From Octopus sinensis (taxonomy: Eukaryota), in assembly GCF_006345805.1 (NCBI RefSeq), contig NW_021834884.1:1-45440 (forward strand): DNA of 45,440 nt, in the 5' to 3' direction. The notes beneath the pieces were generated by a model. It did no database searches. It had not been told where the DNA came from and saw nothing but the letters and a program-made list of their open reading frames with translations. Below, one piece after another: positions 12,133-25,788 of this stretch (positions within the stretch are counted from its first letter, which is position 1; each line of letters opens with the position of its first letter). The position numbers were made by a program, and so were the translations under genes.

Positions 12133-13461
12133 CAAAACTATAGGTGTTTTCTTTTTTGTCTTTTTATAGTTTGGTTGTCGTTGTTAAGCTCCATAGAATT
12201 CACAGCAAGCAGGCCTATGCTTCAAAGACAATCTTATTGCGATCAACCGGAATTTTAAGATAGCGTCGGTCGCGCCGGTTGCGGCGGTATTGTTGGTGGT
12301 GCTTAAGCTTAGGCATCCGTGCCTATAATATCTAATACAACCTTCTTGACTTAAAGACGAGAAAGGTGTTATTTCAAAGAAATATGGCAGCTAATTCCAG
12401 TAAACGGTACGACGGCCATCTTAAGTGTGACTCATTGGTGAATTTTTTTTTTGTTTTGAAAGGTGGGGCGGCTAGATGTTGCAATATATATAGAGAGTTA
12501 TAACAGATTAATGCAGAGAATTGGTGCACAGGTGTGCAACGACTGCATGCAACGATCTAGATGGCTGTGAAAATATGTTGTGTGGAAATGTAAATCAATA
12601 AATACTGATATAATATAAAAATACAGGTGTGTAGAGATGAGGTCATCATCGTGAATGCTTGTCTTAAGCAGTGGGAGCGTGTGTGTGCGCGCGTATGTGT
12701 GGTGGTGTGTATATGTATGTGTGTGTGCGTGTGTGTGTGTGTGTGAACGTGTGTGTATGTGAATGTGTGTAGATGTGTATATGCGCCTGTATGAGCGCGT
12801 ATGCGGCGTGCGCGTGCATGCGTTTGCGTTTATATGTAAACATCCGCGTCCATGTATGTATGTATGTATGTATGCATGTATGCATGTATATTTGGTATGT
12901 GTGTATGCATGTATGTATATATGCATAAATATATATATGTATATATGTATTTATATGTAATATATAAATATGTGTTGTACTTTGTGTTTATGTTTATGTG
13001 AAAAAATCTGTATATATATAAGTGTGTATGTATGTATATATATAATATATATATATAATATTATATATATATATGCGCACACACATACCATACATATGTG
13101 TATATACATGAACATATATCTACACATATACATATATAAATGTGCACATATATACACATATATATGTGTATATATATATCTATATATCTAGATATATATA
13201 TATGTGTATATATAATATATATATATGTGTACATTGTCTGTGTATGCGTTTGCGTGTGTGTGTTTGTGCGTTTTAGTATGTGTATGAATCTGCGGCTTGT
13301 GGCTTGAGTAATGTAATATAATATGATGCAACATTATACATTAACGCGTGCACTTACGGTTGTACATACAGAAATGTGGGAATGCAAGAGTATGTGCCAC
13401 TTCAGGGTATGTAACAGTGTCCTCTTATGTGTCGGTGTGTGTGTATATATATACTACTACA

Positions 13462-13811
13462 CTACTCTGTCGGTTACGACGACAAGGATTCCATTTGATC
13501 CGACCAACTTAACAGCCTATTCATGAAATTAACGTGCAAGTGGCTGAGTACTCCACAAACACATGTACCCTTAACGTAGTACTTCGGAGAGATTCGGTGT
13601 CAATACTGGCCCTTTGAAATACAGGTGCAACATAAACAGGAAGAAAGAGTGAAAGTTGTGGTGAAAGAATACAGCAGGGTTCGCCACCATCCCCTGCCGG
13701 AGATTTAGGTGTTTTCGCTCAATAAACACTCACAACGCCCGGTCTGGGAGTCGAAACCGCGATCCTATGAGCGTGAGTCCGTTGCTCTAACCACTGGGCC
13801 ATTGCGCCTCC

Positions 13812-13814
<3 letters not shown>
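13462..13814 (-). mobile_element. tRNA-derived SINE (family C)
   Basis: Minus-strand head GGAGGCGCAATGGCCCAGTGGTTAGAGC...GGTTTCGACTCCCAGACCGGGCG contains A and B boxes and is followed by a non-tRNA body. Confidence 0.8.
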
Positions 13815-13854
<40 letters not shown>

Positions 13855-13977
13855 TATAATATATATATATATATACATACATATATGTATGTATATATAT
13901 ATGTATATATATATATGCATATATGTATATATGTATTTGTATATATGTAGATATGTATATATAATATATGTTGTATT

Positions 13978-14051
<74 letters not shown>

Positions 14052-14629
14052 CATATATACACATGTATGTATGTAGTTATGTATATATATATATATATAT
14101 GTTTTATTTATATATATATGTGTGTGTATATATATATGTATATATATGTATATATGTTTGTATGAATGACGACTTAATTTCGAGCCCAGTGCATGACATT
14201 AAGGAAGTATATTTTTAACTATAGTCTTGGGTCTATCCAAGTCTTATAAGAGAAATGAGGTGGACGAAAACTGGGAAGAAGCCTCCAAGATGGATTGTAC
14301 AAGTAATTTACAAGGTTCAGCTTAGTCACACACATTACGTGTCTGTGGTATACTCAACCGTGTATATGTAAATTCAATAAGCAAGGTAGTTCAGTTGAAA
14401 GAACAACTGAACACGCACCGTCGAAACCGACGGAAGTTCACTTACCTTACGTATGTGTGTATGAAAAAAGTATCACTGTGTATTTAAGAAGTTCATTTGG
14501 CGATCACAAGGTCGCGGGTTCGATCCCTTTGTATAGGACCTGCTTAACCGTAACTTCAATTTAACATGTCTTCGGAGTGACATTTGGGTGGATGAAAACT
14601 ATGCAGAAGTGGAGGAGCGTGGTTTAGTG

Positions 14630-14800
14630 TTTGGGTTTTGAACTCGCAATCGTAAGATTGTGGTTTCGATTCTTGAACCGGGCGATGTGTTGTGTTCTTG
14701 AGCAAAACACTGCATTTCTCGTTGCTCTAGCTGGCAAAAATGATTAATCCTGCGACAGCCCGACATCCCCTCCGGTGGAGATGGGCATATACACAGAATC
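14630..14800 (+). mobile_element. tRNA-derived SINE related to family C
   Basis: GTGGTTTAGTG A-box, GGTTTCGATTC B-box, then TTGTGTTCTTGAGCAAAACAC. A related minus-strand head lies at ~11720-11800. Confidence 0.7.
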
Positions 14801-15399
14801 CCAGGAACTGATCTTAACGAATCTATATGACTCGAGAAGGATCTTTCCTCTTTTTCAAACTGTGCGGAAGTCCGTCGGACGGAGTGCAATTCATACGGCC
14901 CAGCTGTCTCCATACATCAGCATCACGTTGAGAATTAAGTATAGGGTTCATGTTGCTTTGGAATACTCTGCTAATTAGAAGTTATTATTCATTTTGGTGG
15001 AGCAACAGGAAATGAAGTGTTTTGCTCCAGAACACAAAATTTACTCTGTTTGATAGGTCAGTTGGTTGAGTATTTGCTAAATGATCGTCGAAACAGATGT
15101 AGAGACGTTTTGTATATTTATATGTGTATCCGTACGTGAGCCTGTGTATTTCGGCCAACAATTTTGTCAGTCTTTTGGTAAGGCTATGTAAATGGAGGTG
15201 TCAATGTATGTATGTATGTATGTATGTATGTATGTATGATGTATGTATGTATGTATGTATGTATGCATGCACGTATGTATGTATGTATGTATGTATGCAT
15301 GTATGTACGTATGTATGTACGTATGTATGTATGTACGTATGTATGTATGTATGTATGTATGTACGTATGTATGTATGTATGTATGTATGTATGTATGTA

Positions 15400-15442
<43 letters not shown>

Positions 15443-15593
15443 CGGTTTCCTGGTGTGAAAACCAGGTAAGTTTAGGCTACCAAAGTGTATGGCATGATTA
15501 TGTAAATATCTATTCTTTGCACATAGTGATACATACATACATACATACACACGCACACACATACATACATACATACATACATACATACATACA

Positions 15594-15627
<34 letters not shown>

Positions 15628-15824
15628 GATATATAGATATATAGACAGATAGACAAATAGGTAGATACACACACATATATATATATATATATGAGACAAT
15701 ATTTGGTGTAATATATTTATATATAATATATTAATATGATTTTTTTTATAGAAATATAATAATACATTAATACTTTATAATATATATATTTTGTAAATAA
15801 ACGCACACATCCATACAAACGTAA

Positions 15825-15856
<32 letters not shown>

Positions 15857-17948
15857 ATATACTCAGGATGACGGAGAGGTAAAAATCTGATTATGTAATA
15901 TTGGGTTACATACGGAAGACAACCCATCATCTTACTCATCATCCTTCAAATATTTATCTGGAAGTGAACAATACACGACGCTACACGTTCCTCACGCACA
16001 CACACACACTCACACAAACATAGTTTCGTATGCTCTCACGCATATACACATACATACATGCGTTCATACGCACACACCTGGATTCGTAAGTGCTTATTTG
16101 TGAGATGGTGCACGAGTGTATATAGGGTATCTGTGTATGTATGTTTGTGAGCGTGTATGTGAGTGTGGTGTGTGTGTGTGTGTGTGTGTGTGTGAGTAGT
16201 GCGCATGTGTATATAAAAAGTCTAGGTGCTTTTGGGTTACAGTGGTATATGCATTATAGCAGGCATTTAGGACACACGCAAACGTACATATATCTACATA
16301 TGTACATATATACATATATAAGTATAATATATGTGTGTGTATATAACATGTATATATATTACATTGTATATATATATATATAGAGAGAGGAGAGAGAGAG
16401 AGTGAGGGAGACAGAGAGAGATAGACAGATAGGTAAAGTATATATATAATATATATATATATATAGTATTATATATATATGTATATTATATATATACACA
16501 TATACATACATATATATTGTAAAATATATATATGTATCTATATGTATATATATATGTGTATATATATATATACATACATAGACACACACACACATATATG
16601 GGGAGAGAGAACGACAGAGGTAGGGAGGAGAAAATGAGAGACATTAAGTGCCCTCAAGGGGTATCTAAATGTATTTCCGAGCATGTTTGGAATATTACCC
16701 CCCACACCAACGCGAACACATACACACAACAATGCAATTATGTGTGTATATATACATATATGTATATATATATATAAATATATGTATGTGCATACGTGTA
16801 AATACATACACCCTACATATATATAAGTAAATACATACATACGTAAACATGCACATACGTATGTATGTACATACACACACAAACACACATATAGATATAG
16901 TTTTCTAGGATTAGAACGCTTCGCCTTTTATATTCTGAGAGAGTGATATAGTCGGTTGCGACGTCGGTGGTGTTGATGATGTTAGAGATGATATCGATGA
17001 TGGTGTAATTGGTTATAGCCATAGCTGTAGTAGTGATTGTGGTGGTGGTGGTGGTGGTGGTGGTGGTAGTGTTACTAATATGCATAGATTCAAATTATCG
17101 ATTAGTTTATAATTAATTAAGTGTTTTGCAATCAACCGATAAGTTTATAAGTTAAGAAATGGTAGTTAAGTTATCGACTAGTATTGACGAGTATATGGTA
17201 TTTTCTCTGGCTTCCTGCGTTGTTGGTTCAAATCCCATCGAGGTCAACATTGCCTTTATTTTCTCCTGGGTTGATATACAAAGTACCAGTCATGAATGTG
17301 GACTGGTATACATTGTCAAACGAGATGTCATTGCAGTGTTTGCTCCATCGCTTTATGTTCTGAGTTCAAATCCCACCAAAGCTTACTTGGGTGTTGGACA
17401 TAATCCAATACCCAGATTAATATCCTCACTCATTACCTTAGGTACTCCTTGCAGAGTTTCTGATCTGAGGTTACAGTCCTCTCTTCCTCTCACCTGTCTC
17501 GGGGGCCCCGAGGAAGTTTGTGGACATTTTCTTTCCCTCCTCACAAGCGCATATCGATTCTACGAATTCACACTCATGTCTGCTGTCTTCTATTCTTTTC
17601 TTTTATTTATTTCGGCTAGCAGACTGTGGTCATACTGGGGCACCGTCTTGAAGAACTTTAGTCGAATGGATCGACCCCAGCACTTATTTTCTTTAAAGCC
17701 GGTCTCTTTTGCCGGACCACTAAGTTACGGGGACGTAACAACACAAATACCGGTTGTCAAGCTGTGGTAAGGAACAATACAGACACTCATACCCACACAT
17801 GCACTCAACATACGCACACGCATATATATATATATATTAATATTATATATATATATATATATTATATATATAGATCATACATATTATATACACATATGTA
17901 TATATATAAATATAATAAATAGTAAATAATATATATATATATATATAT

Positions 17949-17983
<35 letters not shown>

Positions 17984-17986
<3 letters not shown>

Positions 17987-18487
17987 GTATTCCTAGCACA
18001 TATTTCGCCTTAATGTACTGATATATGAAACATATATGGCTTGTGTTAGTAAACCAGCGATTATAATTATTTTTATTTTATCGCAATTTGATTTGTTTAC
18101 ATATTTCTCGATAAATTATGAGCGCCAGGCGATATACCAGAATTCCCTAGTGTTGTCGGGACGTTCGGAGTCTGCGCAGTGATATGATTAGTTAGGGAGA
18201 GTAAATCATTAGACGCACATGCTTCTAGTGAGTTAGGATCCCAGAAAAACAGGGTCTCACTGAAGAATTCTCCCGGGGAAATAATTATCTTTATTGTGAA
18301 AAGAAAGAAACTGCGTCTGAGAATTACCGGTTTAGTAAATGTTTTTATCTTCATTTCACTTAATTTATCAAGCTTCTGTATTCCTAGCACATATTTCGCC
18401 TTAATGTACTGATATATGAAAAATATATGGCTTGTGTTAGTAATACCAGCGATTATAATTAGTTTTTATTTTATCGCAATTTGATTT

Positions 18488-18492
<5 letters not shown>
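17984..18492 (+). mobile_element. Retrozyme-like element: 391-bp monomer with ~116-bp terminal direct repeat, in (TA)n
   Basis: Near-identical direct repeats at 17984-18099 and 18375-18492. TA tracts on both flanks. One HHR lies between the repeats. No credible ORF. Confidence 0.8.
18255..18322 (+). ncRNA. Type I hammerhead ribozyme with an extended stem/loop II
   Basis: UCUCA CUGAAGA [aUUCU...AGAAa] GAAA CUGCG UC UGAGA. Perfect 5-bp stem I, intact core, GUC cleavage triplet. Confidence 0.75.
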
Positions 18493-18527
<35 letters not shown>

Positions 18528-18529
18528 GC

Positions 18530-18775
18530 ATATATGGGTACAGGACGTCACCAACGGTGTAAATAACATGAAATACGTAAACAACGAGAAAAATGGAAAA
18601 CAGGACAAGTAAACACAGAGAAAGGACCCTTTATCAGTTGTCGGCTGTCTATCTACTCCTCATTTCGAGCATTCAACGACAGTATGAGTCTTCAAAGACA
18701 GTTGCTCCCATACATTCTAAAATAAATTTGGATTTGAAGATCATAACAGTAGAGACATACATGACAGTAGAGACA
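18530..18775 (-). repeat. Dispersed repeat (same family as 32565-32945 and 34016-34082)
   Basis: AACACAGAGAAAGGACCC..ATCAGTTGTCGGCTGTCT..TATGAGTCTTCAAAG.CAGTTGCTCCCATA is shared with 32568-32670. Confidence 0.75.
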
Positions 18776-18785
18776 TACACATATA

Positions 18786-18930
18786 TACGGCGGGTTTCTT
18801 TCAGTTTCCGTCTACGAAACCCACTCACAAGACTTTGGTCGGTCTGAGGCTATAGTAGATGACCCTTGCTCAAGGTGTTAAGCAGTGGGGCTGAATCCAA
18901 AATAATGTAGTTGAGAGGCAAGCTTATTGA
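18786..18930 (-). mobile_element. SINE family A fragment
   Basis: Reverse complement of the 5220-5380 type sequence. Confidence 0.75.
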
Positions 18931-19399
18931 CTCTGAATAAATAAAAGATCCAGTTCTTATTGCGTTGTGGTTGGTTTGTGCGTCTCAGTAATCCTGACGG
19001 CTATGCTAGCAGGGCTGATAGGGCCTTCTATGCTGGATAGCTTAAGGGATATTGACCAGAACAATATGGACCACCACTTTTCAGATATAAAAATGGGTTT
19101 GTGCAGGGCCAACATTCCTACCTAGAAAGAAACAAAGTTTCATCGATACCATTCTCATATCAACAAGACGTGGAAGAAAGCCTTTCCTCTGGGAGACGTA
19201 TGCCCATTATGGAGGTGGAAGAGAAGAAGCCCTAAAATAATTGGAGACAAGAGAGTTGGGAAGTAGAAAAAAAAGGTATAGAATCGAGAGCAGTGGGGAA
19301 CGTTCCATATGCAGCTAGGGATTAACTGACTCAAGCCTAACCGAATGATAAAACCTCTTCAACCCAGACACCTCAAAATCGCAAAATCCACTCATCCAT

Positions 19400-19640
19400 T
19401 TTTCATCCATCCATCCATCCATTCATCCATCTTTTCCGCGCACTATTCCTTGGAGAATCGTTGGGGTAGAGTCCTCAGACACGTCTTCCACAGGGTCATA
19501 TCAGAAGCAACCACCATTATATTCCCAGCGAGTCTAAAGAACATTATCCAACCATTTCGTTCTTGGTCGACTCCTAAGTCTGCTGCCGATTGTCTCGGCT
19601 TGAAAAATCCATCTTGTAATTCTTTCCTGTCATTTGAAAT
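19400..19640 (-). mobile_element. Possible decayed 3' end of an RTE-type LINE with a (GATG)n tail
   Basis: ORF 19443..19664 ends VASDMTLWKTCLR, resembling the A.DR..W.. C-terminus of RTE RTs, and is followed by short tandem repeats. Weak support. Confidence 0.35.
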
Positions 19641-21004
19641 AAAAATGAACGACACATTGGGCAATGGAGTCGTCGATATACAAAAAGATGGGATGGTGAC
19701 GGTTGGAATGTCCTTGATTATAAAACGGCTCGGTCAGGGTTAATTTGGGGTTAAACAACCTCATTAACAACAATAATTCTAAAGGTGTCTCTTCGTAATC
19801 GCTAGAATTCTTAAATTGTTGTCTTGGAAAAAAAAAAGAAAATAAAGGAAAATACATTAGATAATGCAATACCAGATATCCCCAAACAAGAGGGGATGGT
19901 CATGGATGGAATGCTTTTGATCATAGGTTTGTTCGATTAGGACTGACCTGGGGATTAAACAATAATAGCACACCTAGATAAGTTATTTTCCATTACTTCT
20001 CATTACTATGATTTCTGGTGAGGATTTCACAGTCATGGCTAACACATGTTGGTCCTTCATCTCATTATCTGTCGTTTTAGTTTTCCTTCACAACTTGACA
20101 TTATTCTTGCATGTCGACATTATTGATGCGTTGTCTAGCCCCTCCCTCAGCCCTTATCTCTCCCGAAATGAATCATAGCTTCCTGTTTCAAATTCATCGC
20201 CAGCCAATCACAGGCCGAGCTCTGAGTCTTTCATTTCTTTCTTTATTTCTTTCTATTATTTTTTCAATCTACTTTCACCTCACCTTGCTGTTATCTGTTT
20301 CTCCATCTATCTTTACTCATTTCTCTATTCAAATGTGAATTACCTGAGTTGCTGTTGCTATTGTTGTGGTTGTTGTAGTTCTCTTTGTTGTTGCGTTGTT
20401 TGCTCAATCAATTGTCAACCGTGATTCAGAAAACTGATTTTAGTCATGAGCGTTTTATCTAAATAGAAATATCCAGGACTACATTAAGATAGTAAACTTT
20501 GATTTGGGGGAGATTTAGTTGCTATTTCTAGCAGTAAACTGACCATGCTCTTTTATTACATCAGATATGTGTGATTTAAATTATCGATAAATCCAGAAGA
20601 CCTGCTTTAAACAGCACAACGGTTTCAATATAAGGTTGTAGATATTTTCTTTCTTTTTGGCATTGATATAAACCAGGAAAGGCATGAACATCACACTTCA
20701 CACTTTTCCTGCTCCCTTAAAAATTATATTTCACTTTGACAGGACGAACTAATCCCATTTAATCAATTTTGCTGTTTTAGGCACGAATAAAGAAAAGCCT
20801 TCTTCATTCATAAACTGCTTCATTAGACACACAAACGGAAGAGAAAGGGAATGGGGACTGTTCTGACAACCATGTTTCCTTTAATAATATTAGAGCATAA
20901 ACGAAGTGAATTTGACTTCAGCTTGGAATTGAACCAGCAGCTTTGCTTTAGACTGCTGTAGCACCACACTTTGTTCAGCAGTGCTAGCTTTTCTCTTATA
21001 TATA

Positions 21005-21402
21005 ATCCTTTCTACTAGAAGCACAAGGTTTCAAATTTGAGGGAAGGGATTAAGTCTATTACATCGACCCCAGTGCGTCACTGGTACTTATTTAATCGAC
21101 CCCGAAAGAATGAAAGCCAAAGTCGACCTCGGTGGAATTTCAACTCAGAACTAACGGCAGACAGAATACCTATTTCTTTATTGCCCACAAGGGGTTAAAC
21201 ATAGAGGAGACAAACAAGGACAGACAAAGGGATTAAGTCGATTACATCAACACCAGTGCGTAACTGGTACTTAATTTATCGGCCCCAAAAGGATGAAAAG
21301 CAAAGTCGACCTCGGCGGAATTTGAACTCAGAACGTAACGGTAGACGAAATACCGCTAAGCATTTCGCCCGGCGTGCTAACGATTCTGCCAGCTCGCCGC
21401 CT
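21005..21402 (-). mobile_element. Dimeric SINE family B element
   Basis: Head GGCGGCGAGCTGGCAGAATCG at 21402, then two body units joined near 21168, then the CCTTGTGC tail. Confidence 0.85.
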
Positions 21403-21688
21403 TCTTTTCTCTTATATATAATGAGTTTCGACGAGTTTGGAATTGAAATAATTTATACGTCATTTCTGCTCAGAAAGTGCATGCTGTCACCTTTCCTAAT
21501 CGTTCACAGAGGCCCTCCTATATCCCGGTCAGACGTGAACAACTCACTTTTAAACCCAGGTTGGTTCAACCTTATGAGTTGATAAATCAGTTCAACATTT
21601 TGTAGCTATATACAATCATAGACACACATACCATGTCGTTCCCTTTACAACAACTATGCACATACCAAGCCATTACGTTTCACTATGC

Positions 21689-21722
<34 letters not shown>

Positions 21723-21778
21723 GGACTCACAGAACATCAACAAAGCAAGAGAACTATATGTGTGTGTGTGTGTGTGTG

Positions 21779-21966
21779 TACTTTATTGAAAAACAGCAGA
21801 AATATCACTAAAACTGTTACTCAGAGTTTCACGTTCCCGTTCGTCGGACAGTTTTATTTAGAAAAGTAAAACCTGTTTTATTTTCTAAACAAACCTTCCA
21901 AGGAACGGGAACGGGGAACTCTGAGTAACAGTTTTTGCGATATTTCTGCTACTTTTCAATAAAGTA
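21779..21966. mobile_element. Palindromic HHR element: two inverted ~87-bp arms, each with an HHR copy
   Basis: Arms 21779-21865 and 21881-21966 are imperfect reverse complements. The left arm HHR is intact on the minus strand and the right arm copy is mutated. Confidence 0.8.
21810..21855 (-). ncRNA. Minimal type I hammerhead ribozyme (U4C variant)
   Basis: AAAACUGU CCGACGA ACG GGAA CGU GAAA CUC U GAG UA ACAGUUUU. 8-bp stem I, stem II with a GNRA loop, stem III CUC/GAG. Confidence 0.8.
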
Positions 21967-22071
21967 TATACTCTACCTCAGGTATACGAGTACTATTTTT
22001 TTCCACCTTGTTTCGCATTTATGTGCTTACTCCGGTATATATTTATCATTATATATATATATATATTATAT

Positions 22072-22131
<60 letters not shown>

Positions 22132-22432
22132 ATATATATATATAAATATATATATTGTGGCTTTCTCATCAGGAAAAAAACAGGATATATATATATATAT
22201 ATATAATATATATATGAGCTAACTGCGAAACCGGTATTTCTTTAAAAATTATAAAATTATGTCATTTTAAGGAGGGGAAAAAAATTTTTCCAATATTCTC
22301 CAGACATTTTGACGCAAAAATATAATATTTTTAACATTTAAGCCTTCGGTCGTTTTTTCACTCTTTTACTATTTTCTTATATATTCCCCCACGTGCTTTA
22401 CCAAACAAACTTTCTTATATATATAATATATA

Positions 22433-22489
<57 letters not shown>

Positions 22490-23915
22490 GTGTGGTGTTA
22501 TGTGTGTGTGTATGTATGTATGTATGTATGTATGTATGTATGTATGTATGTATGTATGTATGTATGTATTCGCCGCCAGACACAAACAAACACCTAAAAT
22601 GCACATAGTTCTACAGGGGCACAACAGAACTGTGCCAGTGACCAGGTTGTAGTTGTACGAAGAAAATGTTAACATCTCAAGAAAAAAATTAATTTAAACA
22701 TTTTTATGCTCTTACATGGCTAAATGAGGTAATTGATACATGCATATGTATGTACTCATACACACACACACGCACGCACGCACGCACGCATACACACACA
22801 CACACACACGCACACACACGAGCATACACTGGTATACGTACATTGAGTTATGTCGGAGCATTCAGAGGGGAGTGCTCAATGTATGTTATAGAGGATATGT
22901 TTTTTTTATAGAAACTGAAACGAGAGTTTGTCTCTCGACTCAAGTCTCATGGTTCTGCAATCTTCAGGCGAGAACTGTCACATCTCGTCATTGGTGGTGT
23001 ATTTACATCGTTTGGATGCTGTTTTCTGAACTCTTCATTGGTTGTTTAGGTTATTTTTTGTGTTATAGTGTTTGTATTTCTTGTAATTGTGTGTGGGTGT
23101 ATAAATTTGTTTGGAATTTATTGTTGAGTTTGGGATGGGGCATCTTTTTTCTTTACTTTTCATGGGTGTGAATGTGTGCATGTCTCTATGTGTATGCTTG
23201 AAGTCATTTTCCAAACAAAAATAATCCCTAAATGTTTCCTTATTTCTGTCATAATAAACAACAAACAAGATAAAATTTCAGCCGTCTTAAATAACTGGAT
23301 TGTATTTATAGTAAAATTATTCTGTAAAATCGTTATTTCAGACTTTATTGGCTTTCATTGTTTCCACGTTCTTGTGTTTTAATTCCAATTATTGGAGCTC
23401 AAATTAGTTATGCCTCGAAGATCATCATTACTGCTATGACTAACGAACACTCCAGTTAGCATAACTAACGTCATAAACAGCAAAATCACACCCGTCCACC
23501 AACACTGCCACCATTACCATCACCACCACACGTACCACTACAGTTATCACCCTCACCATCATCACGACAACGACGACGACGACGACCACCACCAGAACTA
23601 CCACCACAATAATCGCCAAGACCGTATTTATGTATATGTATATATATACATTTATATGTATGTATATATAGGTGCATTAATATGTGTGTATCGTAAGTAT
23701 ATATGAATATATATGTATGTATGTTTATATGTATGTATGTATACTGTCCAAGCTGTTATTTGCGGTCTGTTCAGCCATATTTTAGGTGACATTTTCCATG
23801 TCTAAATTAAATCTTCCATCTGTAAATCGTTCATGTTTGTTGTTCCGTGAATCCGTGGAATATCCCCAAGGACAGGAAGGGTTTCGCTAAATGTCGGAAT
23901 TAATTACACACAAAT

Positions 23916-23963
<48 letters not shown>

Positions 23964-24055
23964 TAACATACACATATATCTAGATGCCTAAATGGTTCAT
24001 ACACGTTCGACGGTCTACGTTGTATCATACATACGTACATACATACATACATACA

Positions 24056-24089
<34 letters not shown>

Positions 24090-24250
24090 CATACATATAT
24101 GCATGCATATATATTATATATATATATACATATATACATATATACATACATATATATTATACTTACACAGTACATATGTAAATATATATAATGTATATTA
24201 TGTTATATATAACCATAATATTGCATTATATTACGTGTATATTATATATG

Positions 24251-24296
<46 letters not shown>

Positions 24297-24315
24297 ATAT
24301 ATATATATTTACATA

Positions 24316-24358
24316 TAGTTTCAGCTCACGAGCTGTGGCCATGCTGGGGCACCGCCAT
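24316..24358 (-). mobile_element. Isolated 43-bp LINE 3' tail in a TA tract
   Basis: Identical to 26051-26093 (TAGTTTCAGCTCACGAGCTGTGGCCATGCTGGGGCACCGCCAT). Confidence 0.85.
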
Positions 24359-24729
24359 ATATATATGTATATATATATATATGTACATTGTACGTATGTA
24401 TTTATATATCAATCTATCTCTCTCTCTCTTTCTATATATATATATATATATATATACAAACATATATACACGTACATTAATGTATGTGTGTTTGTGTATT
24501 TATATAAATAGCAGGTAATATCACCAGGAGCATCAATCATATTCAGGATACAAGACAAAAAAATAAGAACATGAGAAAAAAAAGCGTTTATATACGCCAA
24601 CCGTCGTACACTTACACACAGATAAACACAAACTCTTGTGTGCTTAGACACATCTACATGCTTATACATTGCCTCTACAAATAAACACGTACATAGTTAA
24701 AGTTAGTATATATGGATCGCCGATGGTTC

Positions 24730-25575
24730 CTTCATAAGCTTGTTTCCCAACCACATGATTCCGAGTTCAGTCCCACTGTGTGACACCTTGGGCAAATGCT
24801 TTCTACAGAGTTGGGCACGAAAAATAATCCCGGGTTCCAAAACATAGTGTAAATGCAGAAATAAATTTACAAGTGCTAGAAAGGATTACCATCATAGATT
24901 TTGAAAATGGGTTCCTGTGGCATCAATACACAGCTGTGTACCTTTAACCATGCACCCGGCGTAAAATATGACTTCAACTTCAGACTTTTTCAACACCCGT
25001 TGCCAAAACCTCCTGCTTATGTGAAACAGCTGCGCTAATTTACACCTCGACTTCTTTAGACTTCGTATAATCCTTCGGTCAATGGCCTGAACTGTGGGGT
25101 CTCTTTGTTTCGAGGTGTTGTGCACCGACCCCGTAGCGCTCCACTTCTTAACCAGCATTCGTATCGTTCTCTTCGCCAGTAAGCATTTACCCAGAAAATT
25201 GACTTCAAAAATATCACAAGTTTGCTTAACAGAACCCGTTCTCACACCCGCTTTCACACTCTCTACTCTTTCCACTACTGAGTACGCCATCTGCAAAAAA
25301 AGGTTAGAGGTGTTCACTCAATGTAATCTTACAGTCAACTATGGTGAGGAGGCGGTGAGGAGAACGTAACAAACAGTCGATTACCGCGCCATCTTTGTTC
25401 GGCAGTTAAAAGCGGTCGAAATAACATAGTGACACTAGCAAGCGAAAAAATGAGTGTTTTTGCCTTGTGAATAAATTTATTCGATGTTAAGGAACCCTGG
25501 CTACTTTTTCATGCAACATCATGCAACATCATGTACTATAGCCTTGGGTCAACCAAACGTTTGTGAATGCATGAG
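24730..25575 (+). mobile_element. SINE family A copy split by a DNA transposon
   Basis: CACCTTGGGCAAATGCTTTCTA ends at 24805 and resumes as (TA)CTATAGCCTTGGGTCAACCAAA at 25534. Confidence 0.75.
24806..25533 (-). mobile_element. Internally deleted Tc1/mariner-superfamily DNA transposon (N-terminal HTH region only)
   Basis: TA TSD and imperfect TIRs (GCACGAAAAATAATCCCGGGTTCC / GGAACCCTGGCTACTTTTTCATGC). ORF 24892..25317 has YSVVERV..TIRMLVKKWSATGSV, typical of the transposase DNA-binding domain. Confidence 0.8.
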
Positions 25576-25754
25576 GGAGATGGAAGTCATCAGGAAACAT
25601 AACTCTGGCTTCATCACGCGCATGTCCTTATGTTTTATATGTATATAATGTATCTCTTCCTCAAGTTCTGTCTGTCTGAGTCTCTCTTTCGCACACATAT
25701 GCTCATCAAAGATACTGCAAGCGCGTGTGTGTGAGAGAGAAATATGCACCCATC

Positions 25755-25788
<34 letters not shown>

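Noticed and set aside
22860-23400. Possible Penelope RT coding remnant
   Set aside because: No convincing RT or GIY-YIG motif could be read. A translated search would be needed.
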